NCBI GenBank assembly: GCA_963667465.2
Contig: CAXXDN010000002.1
Span: forward strand, 224,001 to 288,000
Length of the DNA: 64,000 bases
Reading direction: 5' to 3'
DNA from: Dehalococcoidia bacterium
GTDB taxonomy: Bacteria; Chloroflexota; Dehalococcoidia; UBA2979
Below the pieces are notes generated by a model, which saw only the letters and a program-made list of their open reading frames with translations, ran no database searches and was not told the origin of the DNA. This document shows, piece by piece, positions 19,450 through 28,305 of the stretch (positions are counted from its first letter, which is position 1; each line of letters begins with the position of its first letter). A program made the translations under genes and the position numbers.

Positions 19450-20724
19450 CTATCCGCCGACCGGGGCCGGCGAGACGCGCTGGGCGAGCGGCCGGGGCGA
19501 CCAGCGGTCTTCCCAGTCCTCGTCGTCCCAGACGTCGTGGATCTGCGGGAGCACCTCTTCGCCGAACATCTTGATGTTCTTCATCGTGGTCTCGCGGCGC
19601 ATGTTCCCGATCTGGAGCAGCGGCAGCAGGTGGCCGATGCGCAGGCTCTTCGAGATCTCGCGCAGCTTCTCGGCGACCTCGTCCGGGCTACCGGCGACGA
19701 TGTTGCCTTCCTCGACCAGCTGGTCCCAGGACGGGCCGGCGCCCTGGGGCGCCTTGCGACCGGCCTGCGGGGCAGACTCCTGAGCGAGCGCGAGGCTGCG
19801 CTCGAAGCCAGCGCGGATCGAGGCCTCGGTGCGGTAGCCGGGCGCCTCGGGGAAGTAGCGGCCGGTGGAGCCGAGCAGCTTCTGGTAGAAGAACTCGACG
19901 CCCTCCTGGTACTCCGCCTTGGCCTGCTCGTAGGAGTCGGAAACCAGCGTCAGCTGCATGTAGGCGGCGCGGTACGGGGTCTCGTCGGCGCCGTGCTCGC
20001 GGACGCGGCTCCAGTAGCCGTTGAGGGTCTGCTGGGCGCGCTTGTAACCGCCGTAGCTGAGGGCCGCGTAGACGTGGTCCTTCTCGATGGTCCAGTCCCA
20101 GGTCTCGATCGAGCCACCGCCGGGCACCCAGATCGGGGGCCGCGGCTCCTGCGCCGGGCGCGGCCAGATGGAGACGTAGCGCAGCTTCGTGTACTTGCCG
20201 TTGTAGTGGAACGGCTCGCGCGTCTCCATCGCCTTCTTGATCAGGTCCTCGGCCTCGTAGTAGCGCTCGCGGAAGGTCGATGGCGACATGCCGTAGACCC
20301 AGTTCGTGTCCTGCGAGGTGCCCACGGGGAAGCCGCAGACCACGCGCCCGCCCGAGATCACGTCGATCATCGACATTTCCTCGGCGACACGGGTGGGCGG
20401 GTTATAGAGCGCGATCGAGGTGCCCAGCACGATCAGGTTGGCCTTGCTCGTGCGGCGAGCGAGGGAGGCCAGCATGATGCTCGGCGACGGCATCGTCCCG
20501 TACATGTTGGCGTGGTGCTCGTTGACGCAGACGCCGTCCAGGCCGACCTGCTCGGCGTACTCGAGCTCGTCGAGGTACTCGTTGTAGAGCTCGTTCCCGA
20601 TCTCCGGGTTGTAGACCGAGTTCGGGAGGTCCACCCAGATACCCGCGGACTTCCAGTCGGGGCCGTGCGGCGGCTCTTCCGGCATCGCCGAGTACGGCAT
20701 CAGGTGGAACATACTGACCTTCAT
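19450..20724 (-). CDS. LLM-class flavin-dependent oxidoreductase
   Basis: Start MKVSMFHLMPY after an AAAGGAGG SD; DGVCVNEHH, RVAEEMSMIDVISGGR and PPIWVPGGGS. The 808-aa track ORF is an over-extension. Confidence 0.9.
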   Translation of the reverse strand: MKVSMFHLMPYSAMPEEPPHGPDWKSAGIWVDLPNSVYNPEIGNELYNEYLDELEYAEQVGLDGVCVNEHHANMYGTMPSPSIMLASLARRTSKANLIVLGTSIALYNPPTRVAEEMSMIDVISGGRVVCGFPVGTSQDTNWVYGMSPSTFRERYYEAEDLIKKAMETREPFHYNGKYTKLRYVSIWPRPAQEPRPPIWVPGGGSIETWDWTIEKDHVYAALSYGGYKRAQQTLNGYWSRVREHGADETPYRAAYMQLTLVSDSYEQAKAEYQEGVEFFYQKLLGSTGRYFPEAPGYRTEASIRAGFERSLALAQESAPQAGRKAPQGAGPSWDQLVEEGNIVAGSPDEVAEKLREISKSLRIGHLLPLLQIGNMRRETTMKNIKMFGEEVLPQIHDVWDDEDWEDRWSPRPLAQRVSPAPVGG

Positions 20725-21030
20725 CAAGACCTCCTTTGGCCTGCTGTGTGGCCTGTTTGATCGGCGGCGTGCTACCGCCCGGCCATCGTCAGGCCGTGGC
20801 GCTGCCTGCGGATTGAGGCACGCCCAACGGTTGATAGCAGAGCGCGCCACTGCGGGCAAACGCGGCTGCCTCCCGATGAGGTCGTCCGAGGCCCTCGATC
20901 CGGCCTCAACGCCCGCCGAAACTCTCCCCTCGGGGGTGCGCCTCGCGGTGCGCCTCGGGGTGCGCCTGCGCTTGCGTTTCGGCGTAGCCTCTTCAGCGAA
21001 CCGGCGGCTGCTCCCGGCAAGGAGGATGCG

Positions 21031-21921
21031 ATGGAACTCGGCGCTTGCTTCCCCACCAACGAGATCGGCTCGGATCCCGCTGCGATCCGCGACTGGGCAC
21101 AGGCCGCCGAGGAGCTCGGCTACAACCTGATCGAGGTCTACGACCACGTGCTCAGCGCCGACCCTTCCGATGCGCCGGACAGGCAGGGCCGGGCAGAGCG
21201 GCGCGGCTACTACACCAGCACCACCGACTGGCACGAGCCGATGGTGCTGATGGGCTACCTGGCGGCGGTCACCACCCGCCCGCGTTTCCTCACCGGCATC
21301 CTCGTGCTGCCGCAGCGCCAGACCGCGCTCGTCGCCAAGCAGGCTGCCGAGGTCGACATCCTCTCCGGCGGCCGCCTGCTGCTCGGCATCGGCACCGGCT
21401 GGTCCGATGTCGAGTACCGCGGGCTCGGCCTCAGTGACGAGTTCCGTGCGCGCGGGCGTCGCTCGGAGGAGCAGATCGAGCTCATGCGGCGGCTCTGGAC
21501 GGAGCCGCTGCTGAGCTTCGAGGGCGAGTTCGACTCGGTCCCGGAGTCCGCGATCGCCCCGCGCCCGGCGCGCTCGATCCCGGTCTGGATCGGGGGCCAC
21601 GCGCCCGCCGTGCTCGACCGCGTCGGGCGCATCGCGGACGGCTGGGTCGTCGGCTGGGCGCGCGCGGACTACCTCCCGGGCGCCATCGAGCAGGTCCACG
21701 AGGCCGCCCGCGCCGCCGGCCGCGACCCGGCGGAGATCGGCATCGAAACCCGCGCCCGCGTCGCGCGCTGGAGTCCGGAGGAGCAGGTGCAACACGCGCG
21801 GCGCTGCGAGGAGGCGGGCGCGACGCACTTCTCGCTGCACACCCTCGAGGGCGGCCTCACGACCGTGCAGCAGCACATCGACGCACTGCGCGACTTCCGC
21901 GAGGCGTTCGGCGAGGAGTAG
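21031..21921 (+). CDS. LLM-class, probably F420-dependent, oxidoreductase
   Basis: AAEELGY, YDHV, HEPMVLMGYLA, ILVLPQRQTALVAKQAAEVDILSGGRL and IPVWIGG; AGGAGG SD. Confidence 0.88.
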   Translation: MELGACFPTNEIGSDPAAIRDWAQAAEELGYNLIEVYDHVLSADPSDAPDRQGRAERRGYYTSTTDWHEPMVLMGYLAAVTTRPRFLTGILVLPQRQTALVAKQAAEVDILSGGRLLLGIGTGWSDVEYRGLGLSDEFRARGRRSEEQIELMRRLWTEPLLSFEGEFDSVPESAIAPRPARSIPVWIGGHAPAVLDRVGRIADGWVVGWARADYLPGAIEQVHEAARAAGRDPAEIGIETRARVARWSPEEQVQHARRCEEAGATHFSLHTLEGGLTTVQQHIDALRDFREAFGEE

Positions 21922-21956
21922 CTCCGCGCCGCCTCAGCGGCGGCTGAACCGGCGAG

Positions 21957-22766
21957 TCAGCGCCCGGTGAACTTCGGCTCGCGGCGCTCCTTGAAGGCGG
22001 TGATGCCCTCCTGGTGGTCGGCGCTCACGTTCGAGATGCCCTCGAGGGCGAGCGAGAGGTCGAGGTTCGTGTTGGCAATCGCGCGGAGGGGCTGGTTGAT
22101 CGAGGCCTTCGTACCCTGGATCGCCACCGTCGGCCCGTTTGCCAGCCGCGCGACGAAGCCGTCAACCAGCTCGTCCAGTTCGTCGGCGGGGACGGCGCGG
22201 TTGATCAGGCCCAGCTCCGCCGCGCGTGTCGTCTCGATCAGCTCGCCTGTGTAGAGGAACTCGCGCGCCCGCGCGTAGCCAATCAGCGAGGGCCAGAGCG
22301 TACTCCCCCCATCCCCGGCGACGAGGCCGACGCTGACGTGCGGGTCGCCGATCACGGCCCCCTCCACCGCGAACGTGATGTCGCAGGCAAGCGCGATCGT
22401 CGCGCCGAGGCCGACCGCGGGGCCGTTGATGCGTGCGATCACCGGCTGCCGCGCCTCGAGGATGGAGAGGACGATGTGCTTGCCCTCGAGGCTGGTGCGG
22501 TTCCAGACCGAGGGATCGTCGATCATGTCCTGGAGCCAGGCCATGTCGCCGCCGGCGGAGAACGCTCGGCCCGCTCCGGTCAGCACCACGACGTCCGTGC
22601 CGTCATCCATGGCGATCTCCGGGAAGAGGCGCGCCAGCTCCTCGTGCATCTGCGCGTTGAAGGCGTTGAGCGCCTCCGGGCGGTTCATGGTCAGCCGCAG
22701 CACGCGTTCCTGCCGCTCGATCTCGATCGTCTCGTAGCCCTTGTACTCCACGCTGCGGTACTCCAC
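21957..22766 (-). CDS. Crotonase (enoyl-CoA hydratase/isomerase) family, His/Asp type
   Basis: NRPEALNA, LTGAGRAFSAGGD, PVIARINGPAVG and PHVSVGLVAGDGG. Confidence 0.92.
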   Translation of the reverse strand: MEYRSVEYKGYETIEIERQERVLRLTMNRPEALNAFNAQMHEELARLFPEIAMDDGTDVVVLTGAGRAFSAGGDMAWLQDMIDDPSVWNRTSLEGKHIVLSILEARQPVIARINGPAVGLGATIALACDITFAVEGAVIGDPHVSVGLVAGDGGSTLWPSLIGYARAREFLYTGELIETTRAAELGLINRAVPADELDELVDGFVARLANGPTVAIQGTKASINQPLRAIANTNLDLSLALEGISNVSADHQEGITAFKERREPKFTGR

Positions 22767-22772
22767 GCTGCG
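22743..22772. repeat. Perfect 15-bp tandem duplication over the crotonase start
   Basis: GTACTCCACGCTGCG twice (22743-22757, 22758-22772). Confidence 0.9.
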
Positions 22773-22828
22773 CCTCCGTCCCTCGTATCGCCCGTCCCGG
22801 GTATCGCCGCCGTCGCTGCGCGTGCGCG

Positions 22829-23622
22829 CTACTCGCCCGTGAAGACGCCGTCGCGCTTCTCCGCCCAGGCGCTGGTCGCCTCGCGGTGGTCGGCCATCTT
22901 CGCGGAGTAGTGCTCGTACGCGAGTCCGAGGTCGAAGACCGATGAGATCCTGTCACGCATCAGCGTGTTGACCGTCAGCTCGTCGCCTTGACGGCGTAGG
23001 GCGGCATCGCTGCCAGCCGCTGCGCCAGCTCCAGCGAGCGCGCCTCCAGCTCCTCTTCCGGCACGAGGTGGTTGACAAGGCCGAGCCGTTCGAGATCCTC
23101 GCCCTCGATGAGGTCGCCGAGCATCAGCAGCTCCTTGGCCTTGTTGATGCCGACGAGGAGCGGCCAGATCAGCGCGCCACCGTCCCCGGCGACGAGGCCG
23201 ATGTTGACGTGCCGGTCGCCGATCCGTGCCCGCGGCGAGGCGACGACGACATCGCACATCAGCGCGAGGGTGGCGCCGAGGCCGATTGCCGGACCGTTGA
23301 CCGCGGCCACGATCGGCTTCTCGAGGTCGAGGTGCGCGCGCAGGATCTCGCCGGTCCGCACCTGGGCGAACCTGGCGCGCGTGTTACTGCCGCCCTGCTC
23401 GTTCATGCGCTGCACGTCGCCGCCGGCGCAGAAGGCGCGGCCCGCGCCGGTGAGCAGGACGGCGCGCGACTCGTCGTCGTCGTCCAGCTCGTAGAAGGCG
23501 CGGATCAGCTCGCGCCGCAGCGGCGGGTGGACCGCGTTGAGGCGCTCCGGCCGGTTCAGCGTCATCACCAGCACGTGGCCCTCGCGGCGGAATTCGATGT
23601 GCTCGTAGCTCGACAGGTCCAT
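22829..23622 (-). pseudogene. Crotonase family gene with a single-base frameshift near 22980 (pseudogene or sequence error)
   Basis: N-part MDLSSYEH...YAVKAT ends at TGA 22975; C-part LTVNTLMRD...AEKRDGVFTGE continues in another frame. One added A restores ACG AAG CTG (TKL). Confidence 0.85.
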
Positions 23623-23891
23623 GTCGCCCCTCCCGTGGATCGCGTACCGGGGATGATACGCGCCGCCCTCGATAGACTCGCGGGGGAGGGCGTGCGAGCT
23701 ACCGCTTCATGGGCTTGCACCCGCGCTTCCTCGCGGCCGGGTTCGAGGAGATCGGCAGGGTCGGAACGCGCCGGCATGCGATGCGGCGCTGGTTGCGCCC
23801 GGGCGGCGAGCGTGGACATTCGGCGGGGGGTTGACGTACCTTCGGCCCCGCCTGAACAAGGATGCACGAGCAGAACAAATTGGGGGTGACC

Positions 23892-24662
23892 GTGTCGGTC
23901 CTGAACTTCAACGTCGAGAACCACATCGCACACATCGAGATGAACCGCCCCGAGGTCATGAACGCGCTCAACTTCGAGCTGAACCAGGCGCTCGCAGACG
24001 CCTGGCAGGAGGTCCAGGAGAACGACGACATCTGGGTCGCGATCCTCAGCGCGCACCCGGACAGCCGCGCCTTCTCCGCGGGGATGGACCTTAAGGAGCG
24101 GGCGGAGATGAACGCCCAGGGCATCGACTGGCGCAAGATGCGCGTCACCGGCAACAACAGCCCGGAGGAGGTCTGGAAGCCAGTCATCGCGGCGATCCAC
24201 GGCTACTGCCTGGCCGGCGGCTGGATGATGGCGCAACGCTCCGACTTCCGGATCTGCGCGGACGACGCCATCCTCGGTATCCGCGAGGTGAAGCGCGGGC
24301 TGATGCCGCACTGGGTTGCGGACCTGCCGCGCATCATCGGCCTCGGCAACGCCCTCGAGGTGGTGCTGATGGGCGAGTACATCACGCCCGAGCGCGCCAA
24401 GGAGATGGGCTTCATCAACTCGATCGTCCCGAAGGACGAGGTGCTGGACGAGGCCTTCCGCTGGGCCAACATCCTGACCGAGAACGCGCCGCTCTCCGTG
24501 CGCTGCCTCAAGGAGATCCTCTACCGCACCCACGTGCTGCCGCACGACGAGGCGATGGTCATGGCGAAGCACCTGCTGCACCGCGTCGAGACCAGCGAGG
24601 ACATCTCCGAGGGTCCGCGCGCCTTCGCCGAGAAGCGCCAGCCGGAGTGGAAGGGCCGCTAA
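23892..24662 (+). CDS. Crotonase (enoyl-CoA hydratase/isomerase) family
   Basis: NRPEVMNAL, AFSAGMDL, KPVIAAIHGYCLAGG and EGPRAFAEKRQPEWKGR; start GTG at 23886 or 23892. Confidence 0.92.
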   Translation: MSVLNFNVENHIAHIEMNRPEVMNALNFELNQALADAWQEVQENDDIWVAILSAHPDSRAFSAGMDLKERAEMNAQGIDWRKMRVTGNNSPEEVWKPVIAAIHGYCLAGGWMMAQRSDFRICADDAILGIREVKRGLMPHWVADLPRIIGLGNALEVVLMGEYITPERAKEMGFINSIVPKDEVLDEAFRWANILTENAPLSVRCLKEILYRTHVLPHDEAMVMAKHLLHRVETSEDISEGPRAFAEKRQPEWKGR

Positions 24663-24693
24663 CGCCGTTCCCTCCGCCGCACACACGCACGGA

Positions 24694-24717
24694 AGAGCCG
24701 CCCGCGAGGGCGGCTCT
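24694..24717. terminator. Putative terminator between convergent genes
   Basis: Perfect 10-bp stem AGAGCCGCCC-GCGA-GGGCGGCTCT. Confidence 0.65.
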
Positions 24718-24775
24718 CCTGTGTCCGGGAAGGGCGTTTGTGTCCGGGAGGGGCGTTGCCCGCGTGGGCCCGGCG

Positions 24776-25882
24776 CTACTCGTCCCCGTACGCGCCGAGC
24801 CGCTCGAGGGCGTCGCGCGCCTGGTCGGCGATGTCGAAGACGACCTGGCGGGCGGGCTTCACTTCTTCGATGAAGGTCAGGCCCTGGCCGGCGGTGACGT
24901 GCAACCAGTCGTTGAGCTGGTGGTCCTCGATCGCCGTCTCGATCTTGCCGACGAGCATGCCCTGCAGCGGCATTGGCAGGATCTCGGGGGCGTCGTCACG
25001 CTCCCACATCTCCTGGAACCGGGAGCGCATCGCGCGCACGCGCTTGCCGTCGTAGGCGGTCGAGATCCAGGCGTCCTGGCCGCGACCCTCAATCAGCCGC
25101 TGCTTCTTCTTCATCGGCGTGTCGGACTCGTGCGTGGCCTGCCAGATCGTGCCCGTCCAGACGCCGTCCGCACCGAGGGCGAGCGCGGCGGCCATGTGCC
25201 GGCCGTGGGTGACGCCGCCCGCGGCGAGCACCGGCTTGTCGTAGGCCTTCGCCAGCTCGACCACCTCGGGGACGAGCGAGAAGGTGCCCATCCGCCCGGT
25301 GTGCCCGGCGGAGTCCTGGCCCTGCGCGACGATCAGGTCGAGACCCTGCTCCAGCTCGCGCGCCGCCTGGCGGGCAAGGCCGATCAGCCCCCACACCTTG
25401 ATGCCCGCGTTGTGCAGCAGCTCGAGCGCGAAGGCCGGGCTGCCCATGCCGGAGGCGAAGATGGGGATCTGCTCCTCGATCAGCACGTCGAACTTGTCGC
25501 GCGCCTTGCGCAGCAGGTCGACGCGTTTGACGCCCCAGGGACCGGGCGTCTTCGGCTGCGGGATGCCATGCTCGGCCATCACTCCGTCGACGAAGTCCCA
25601 GTGCTCCTGCGGGATCTGCGGCATCAACTCCTCGGGCGTGCCTTCGACGTACGAGGCGGAGAGCAGGAAGTCGATGCCGAACGGCTTGTCGCCGACGCGC
25701 TCGCGGATCCAGCGGATGTCGTTGCGGATCTCCTCGGGCGTCAGTGCGTTCGCGCCGTACATGCCGATGCCGCCGGCGTTGGTTACCGCGGCCACCACGT
25801 CGCGGGTGTGGGCGAAGCCGACGAGGGGAATCTCGCAGCCGTACTCCTCGCAGAGGCGGGTCTGCATCGGGTCGCGCGTCAT
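24776..25882 (-). CDS. Nitronate monooxygenase / FabK-like oxidoreductase (paralog 2)
   Basis: Colinear with 1192-2310; AQGQDSAGHTGRMGTFSLV. Confidence 0.88.
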   Translation of the reverse strand: MTRDPMQTRLCEEYGCEIPLVGFAHTRDVVAAVTNAGGIGMYGANALTPEEIRNDIRWIRERVGDKPFGIDFLLSASYVEGTPEELMPQIPQEHWDFVDGVMAEHGIPQPKTPGPWGVKRVDLLRKARDKFDVLIEEQIPIFASGMGSPAFALELLHNAGIKVWGLIGLARQAARELEQGLDLIVAQGQDSAGHTGRMGTFSLVPEVVELAKAYDKPVLAAGGVTHGRHMAAALALGADGVWTGTIWQATHESDTPMKKKQRLIEGRGQDAWISTAYDGKRVRAMRSRFQEMWERDDAPEILPMPLQGMLVGKIETAIEDHQLNDWLHVTAGQGLTFIEEVKPARQVVFDIADQARDALERLGAYGDE

Positions 25883-25942
25883 GGGTGGTGCTCCTTCGGG
25901 TGCGGGTGCGTCTCGAGGGTCTGCATCGTTGCGGCGGGGCGC

Positions 25943-27193
25943 CTAAATCGCGCCCGCGTGGCGGAGGATCGGGAGCTGTTCCGGCTCGAGGCCGAGCAGA
26001 TCGCAGTAGACCTCGCGGTTGTGCTCGCCGAGGAGCGGCGCGGGGCCCGGCCGCCGCGACTCGATCGTCGAGGTGCGGAACGGGAAGGCGGTGTCGGTCA
26101 TCGCCCCGGTCTCGGGGTGCTCGACCTCGCGGAGGAAGCCGCGCACGCGCAGCTGCTCGCTGGCGAGCACCTCTTCCATGGTGGCGTGGCCGGTGATGGT
26201 GAGGCCGTGCGCCTGCCCGGTCTCCTGGATCTGCTCGCGGGTGCGCTCCAGGCACCACTCGGCGATCGTGTCGCGCACCTCGTCGGCGTGGTCGGGCTTG
26301 TGGATGCCGAGCTGGGGGAGGTTCCAGATCTCCTCGGTGAACCACGGTTCCGAGGCGAACCAGGGGTCGCCGCCCATCATCTCGACGAGGGCGCCCCAGT
26401 TGCGCTGGCCCCAGACCGCGCCGATCACGATCCAGCCGTCCTTGCAGCGGTAGACGCCGGGGAACCACTCCGTATCCAGCTCGCGCGTGACGAGCGTGCC
26501 GTCCGAGGCGTAGCGGTGCACCTCCGGCCGCTGCGTGCTCATCAGCGCCCACTGCTTCGAGATATCGACGAGCTGCCCGCGGCCCGTGCTCATTCGCGCC
26601 AGCAGTGCGGCGAGGGTGGCCGTGCCCGCGTTCAGACCCGCGTCACATTCGGCGATGAAGGAGCCGGGCTTGACGGGACCGGCGTCCGGGAACTCGCGCA
26701 GCGCGATCTGGCCCGCGAGCTGATGGTAGGTGGCCCCGCTGGCGTGCACGACGTTGAGCGGGTAGGCGTGCTCGTCGCGCCGCGGGCCGGTCGAGCCGTA
26801 AGGGGTGATCGCGGTCACGACCAGCCGCTCGTGCTGCGCGGACAGCGTCTCGTAGTCGAGGCCGAGCTCGTCGATGAGCGCGGGCGGGCGGTCGTGCATG
26901 AAGACGTCGGCGCGCGCGATCAGGTCGCGCAGGATCGCGAGGCCGTCCGCGGTCTCCGGGTCGAGCGTGACGCTGCGCTTGTTGGTATTGAGCAGCAGGT
27001 AAAGGCCGCTGCGCTCGGAGTCCGGTTCGTCGTTGGGGAAGGGGCCGCGCCGGCGCGCCTCGTCGCCCTCGCCGGGCGCCTCGATCTTGATCACGTCGGC
27101 GCCGGCCTCGGCGAGCCACTTGCCGCAGAACGGACCGCAGACGAGCGAGCACCACTCCACCACAAGCACGTCGTCGAGCGGTCGGGCGGTCAC
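25943..27193 (-). CDS. Family III CoA-transferase subunit with Glu at the catalytic Asp position (BbsE-like)
   Basis: GTG start (VTARPLDD) after GGAGGA; GADVIKIE, NTNKRS, FIAECDAG and TGRGQLVDIS. Confidence 0.85.
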   Translation of the reverse strand: MTARPLDDVLVVEWCSLVCGPFCGKWLAEAGADVIKIEAPGEGDEARRRGPFPNDEPDSERSGLYLLLNTNKRSVTLDPETADGLAILRDLIARADVFMHDRPPALIDELGLDYETLSAQHERLVVTAITPYGSTGPRRDEHAYPLNVVHASGATYHQLAGQIALREFPDAGPVKPGSFIAECDAGLNAGTATLAALLARMSTGRGQLVDISKQWALMSTQRPEVHRYASDGTLVTRELDTEWFPGVYRCKDGWIVIGAVWGQRNWGALVEMMGGDPWFASEPWFTEEIWNLPQLGIHKPDHADEVRDTIAEWCLERTREQIQETGQAHGLTITGHATMEEVLASEQLRVRGFLREVEHPETGAMTDTAFPFRTSTIESRRPGPAPLLGEHNREVYCDLLGLEPEQLPILRHAGAI

Positions 27194-27381
27194 GTCGCGA
27201 TTCCTCCCCCGAGGGCGTCCGGGCCCCGGCCGTCCGGGTCCGGATGGCAGGCCGCGCAAGCCTACACGCTGCGCCGCGCTGCGGCAGCGCCTGCCCGCGG
27301 GCGCTGCTAGTATCCGCCCGGCGACGCCGCAGCAGCCAGCGAAACGCCGGCCGTGCAAGTGCTGAGTGGAGGGCCCCGGTC

Positions 27382-28299
27382 ATGCGCATCGGCTTCATCG
27401 GGCTCGGCAACATGGGCGGTCCGATGGCCATGAACCTGATCAGGGCCGGCCATGATCTGACCGTGAACGACCTGCGCCGCGAGCTGGCCGATCCGCACCT
27501 CGCGGCCGGCGCGAACTGGGCCGACAGCGTGCAGGCCGTCGCCGAGGCGAGCGAGCTCGTCTTCACCTCGCTACCCGGACCGCCCGAGGTCGAGGCGGTC
27601 GCGCTCGGCCCCGGCGGCATCCTCGAGAGCGCCGTCGAAGGCAGCGTCTACATCGACCTCTCCTCCAACCGGCCGACGCTGATCCGCGAGATCCACGCCC
27701 GCTTCGCCGAGCGCGGCATCGAGGTGCTCGATGCGCCGGTAAGCGGCGGCATCACCGGCGCGGCGGCGGGCACGCTTGCGGTGATGGTCGGCGGCGACGC
27801 CGACCGCTACGAGGAACTCAAGCCGGTGCTCGACGCCATTGGCGACAAGGTGAGCTACATCGGCGGCATCGGCAGCGGCATGGTCGCGAAGCTGGTGCAC
27901 AACATGACCTCGATCTCCTCGCGGATGGCGATCGCCGAGGGCATGACGCTGGCCGCCAGGGCGGGCGTCGACCCGCACGTGATGCAGCGCGTGCTGCAGG
28001 ACGGGGCGTTCGGGCAGGGGCACTTCCTCAACCACCGCCTCGTCGACACGGTGTTCGCGCAGCACTGGGACCCGCCCAGCTTCGCCCTGCGCCTCTCGCG
28101 CAAGGACCTCGGCCTCGCCACCGAGCTCGGGCGTGAACTGGGCGTGCCGATGGCGCACGCCGCGCTCTCCGAGCAGGAGATGCTCGCCGCCCTCGGGCGT
28201 GGCTGGGGCGACTTCGACTCCAACATCTTCTTCCGGCTCCAGGAGGAGCGGGCGGGCGTCGAACTCGGCGGCGGCGATGACTCCGAGGGCGAGGAGTAA
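27382..28299 (+). CDS. NAD(P)-dependent beta-hydroxyacid dehydrogenase (3-hydroxyisobutyrate DH / GarR family)
   Basis: [33 protein letters not shown] and AKLVHN (catalytic Lys). Confidence 0.93.
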   Translation: MRIGFIGLGNMGGPMAMNLIRAGHDLTVNDLRRELADPHLAAGANWADSVQAVAEASELVFTSLPGPPEVEAVALGPGGILESAVEGSVYIDLSSNRPTLIREIHARFAERGIEVLDAPVSGGITGAAAGTLAVMVGGDADRYEELKPVLDAIGDKVSYIGGIGSGMVAKLVHNMTSISSRMAIAEGMTLAARAGVDPHVMQRVLQDGAFGQGHFLNHRLVDTVFAQHWDPPSFALRLSRKDLGLATELGRELGVPMAHAALSEQEMLAALGRGWGDFDSNIFFRLQEERAGVELGGGDDSEGEE

Positions 28300-28305
28300 G
28301 GCCTG

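Noticed and set aside
20850-20910. GGGCAAAC as the start of a c-di-GMP-I riboswitch
   Set aside because: The GAAA tetraloop stem and GACGCAAA elements are not present.
20725-21876. N-terminal extension making the LLM an 808-aa fusion
   Set aside because: The extension is antisense to the LLM at 21031-21921; a strong SD and family-typical start lie at 20724.
22970-22990. Programmed ribosomal frameshift in the crotonase
   Set aside because: No slippery heptamer or homopolymer run; a simple one-base loss explains it.
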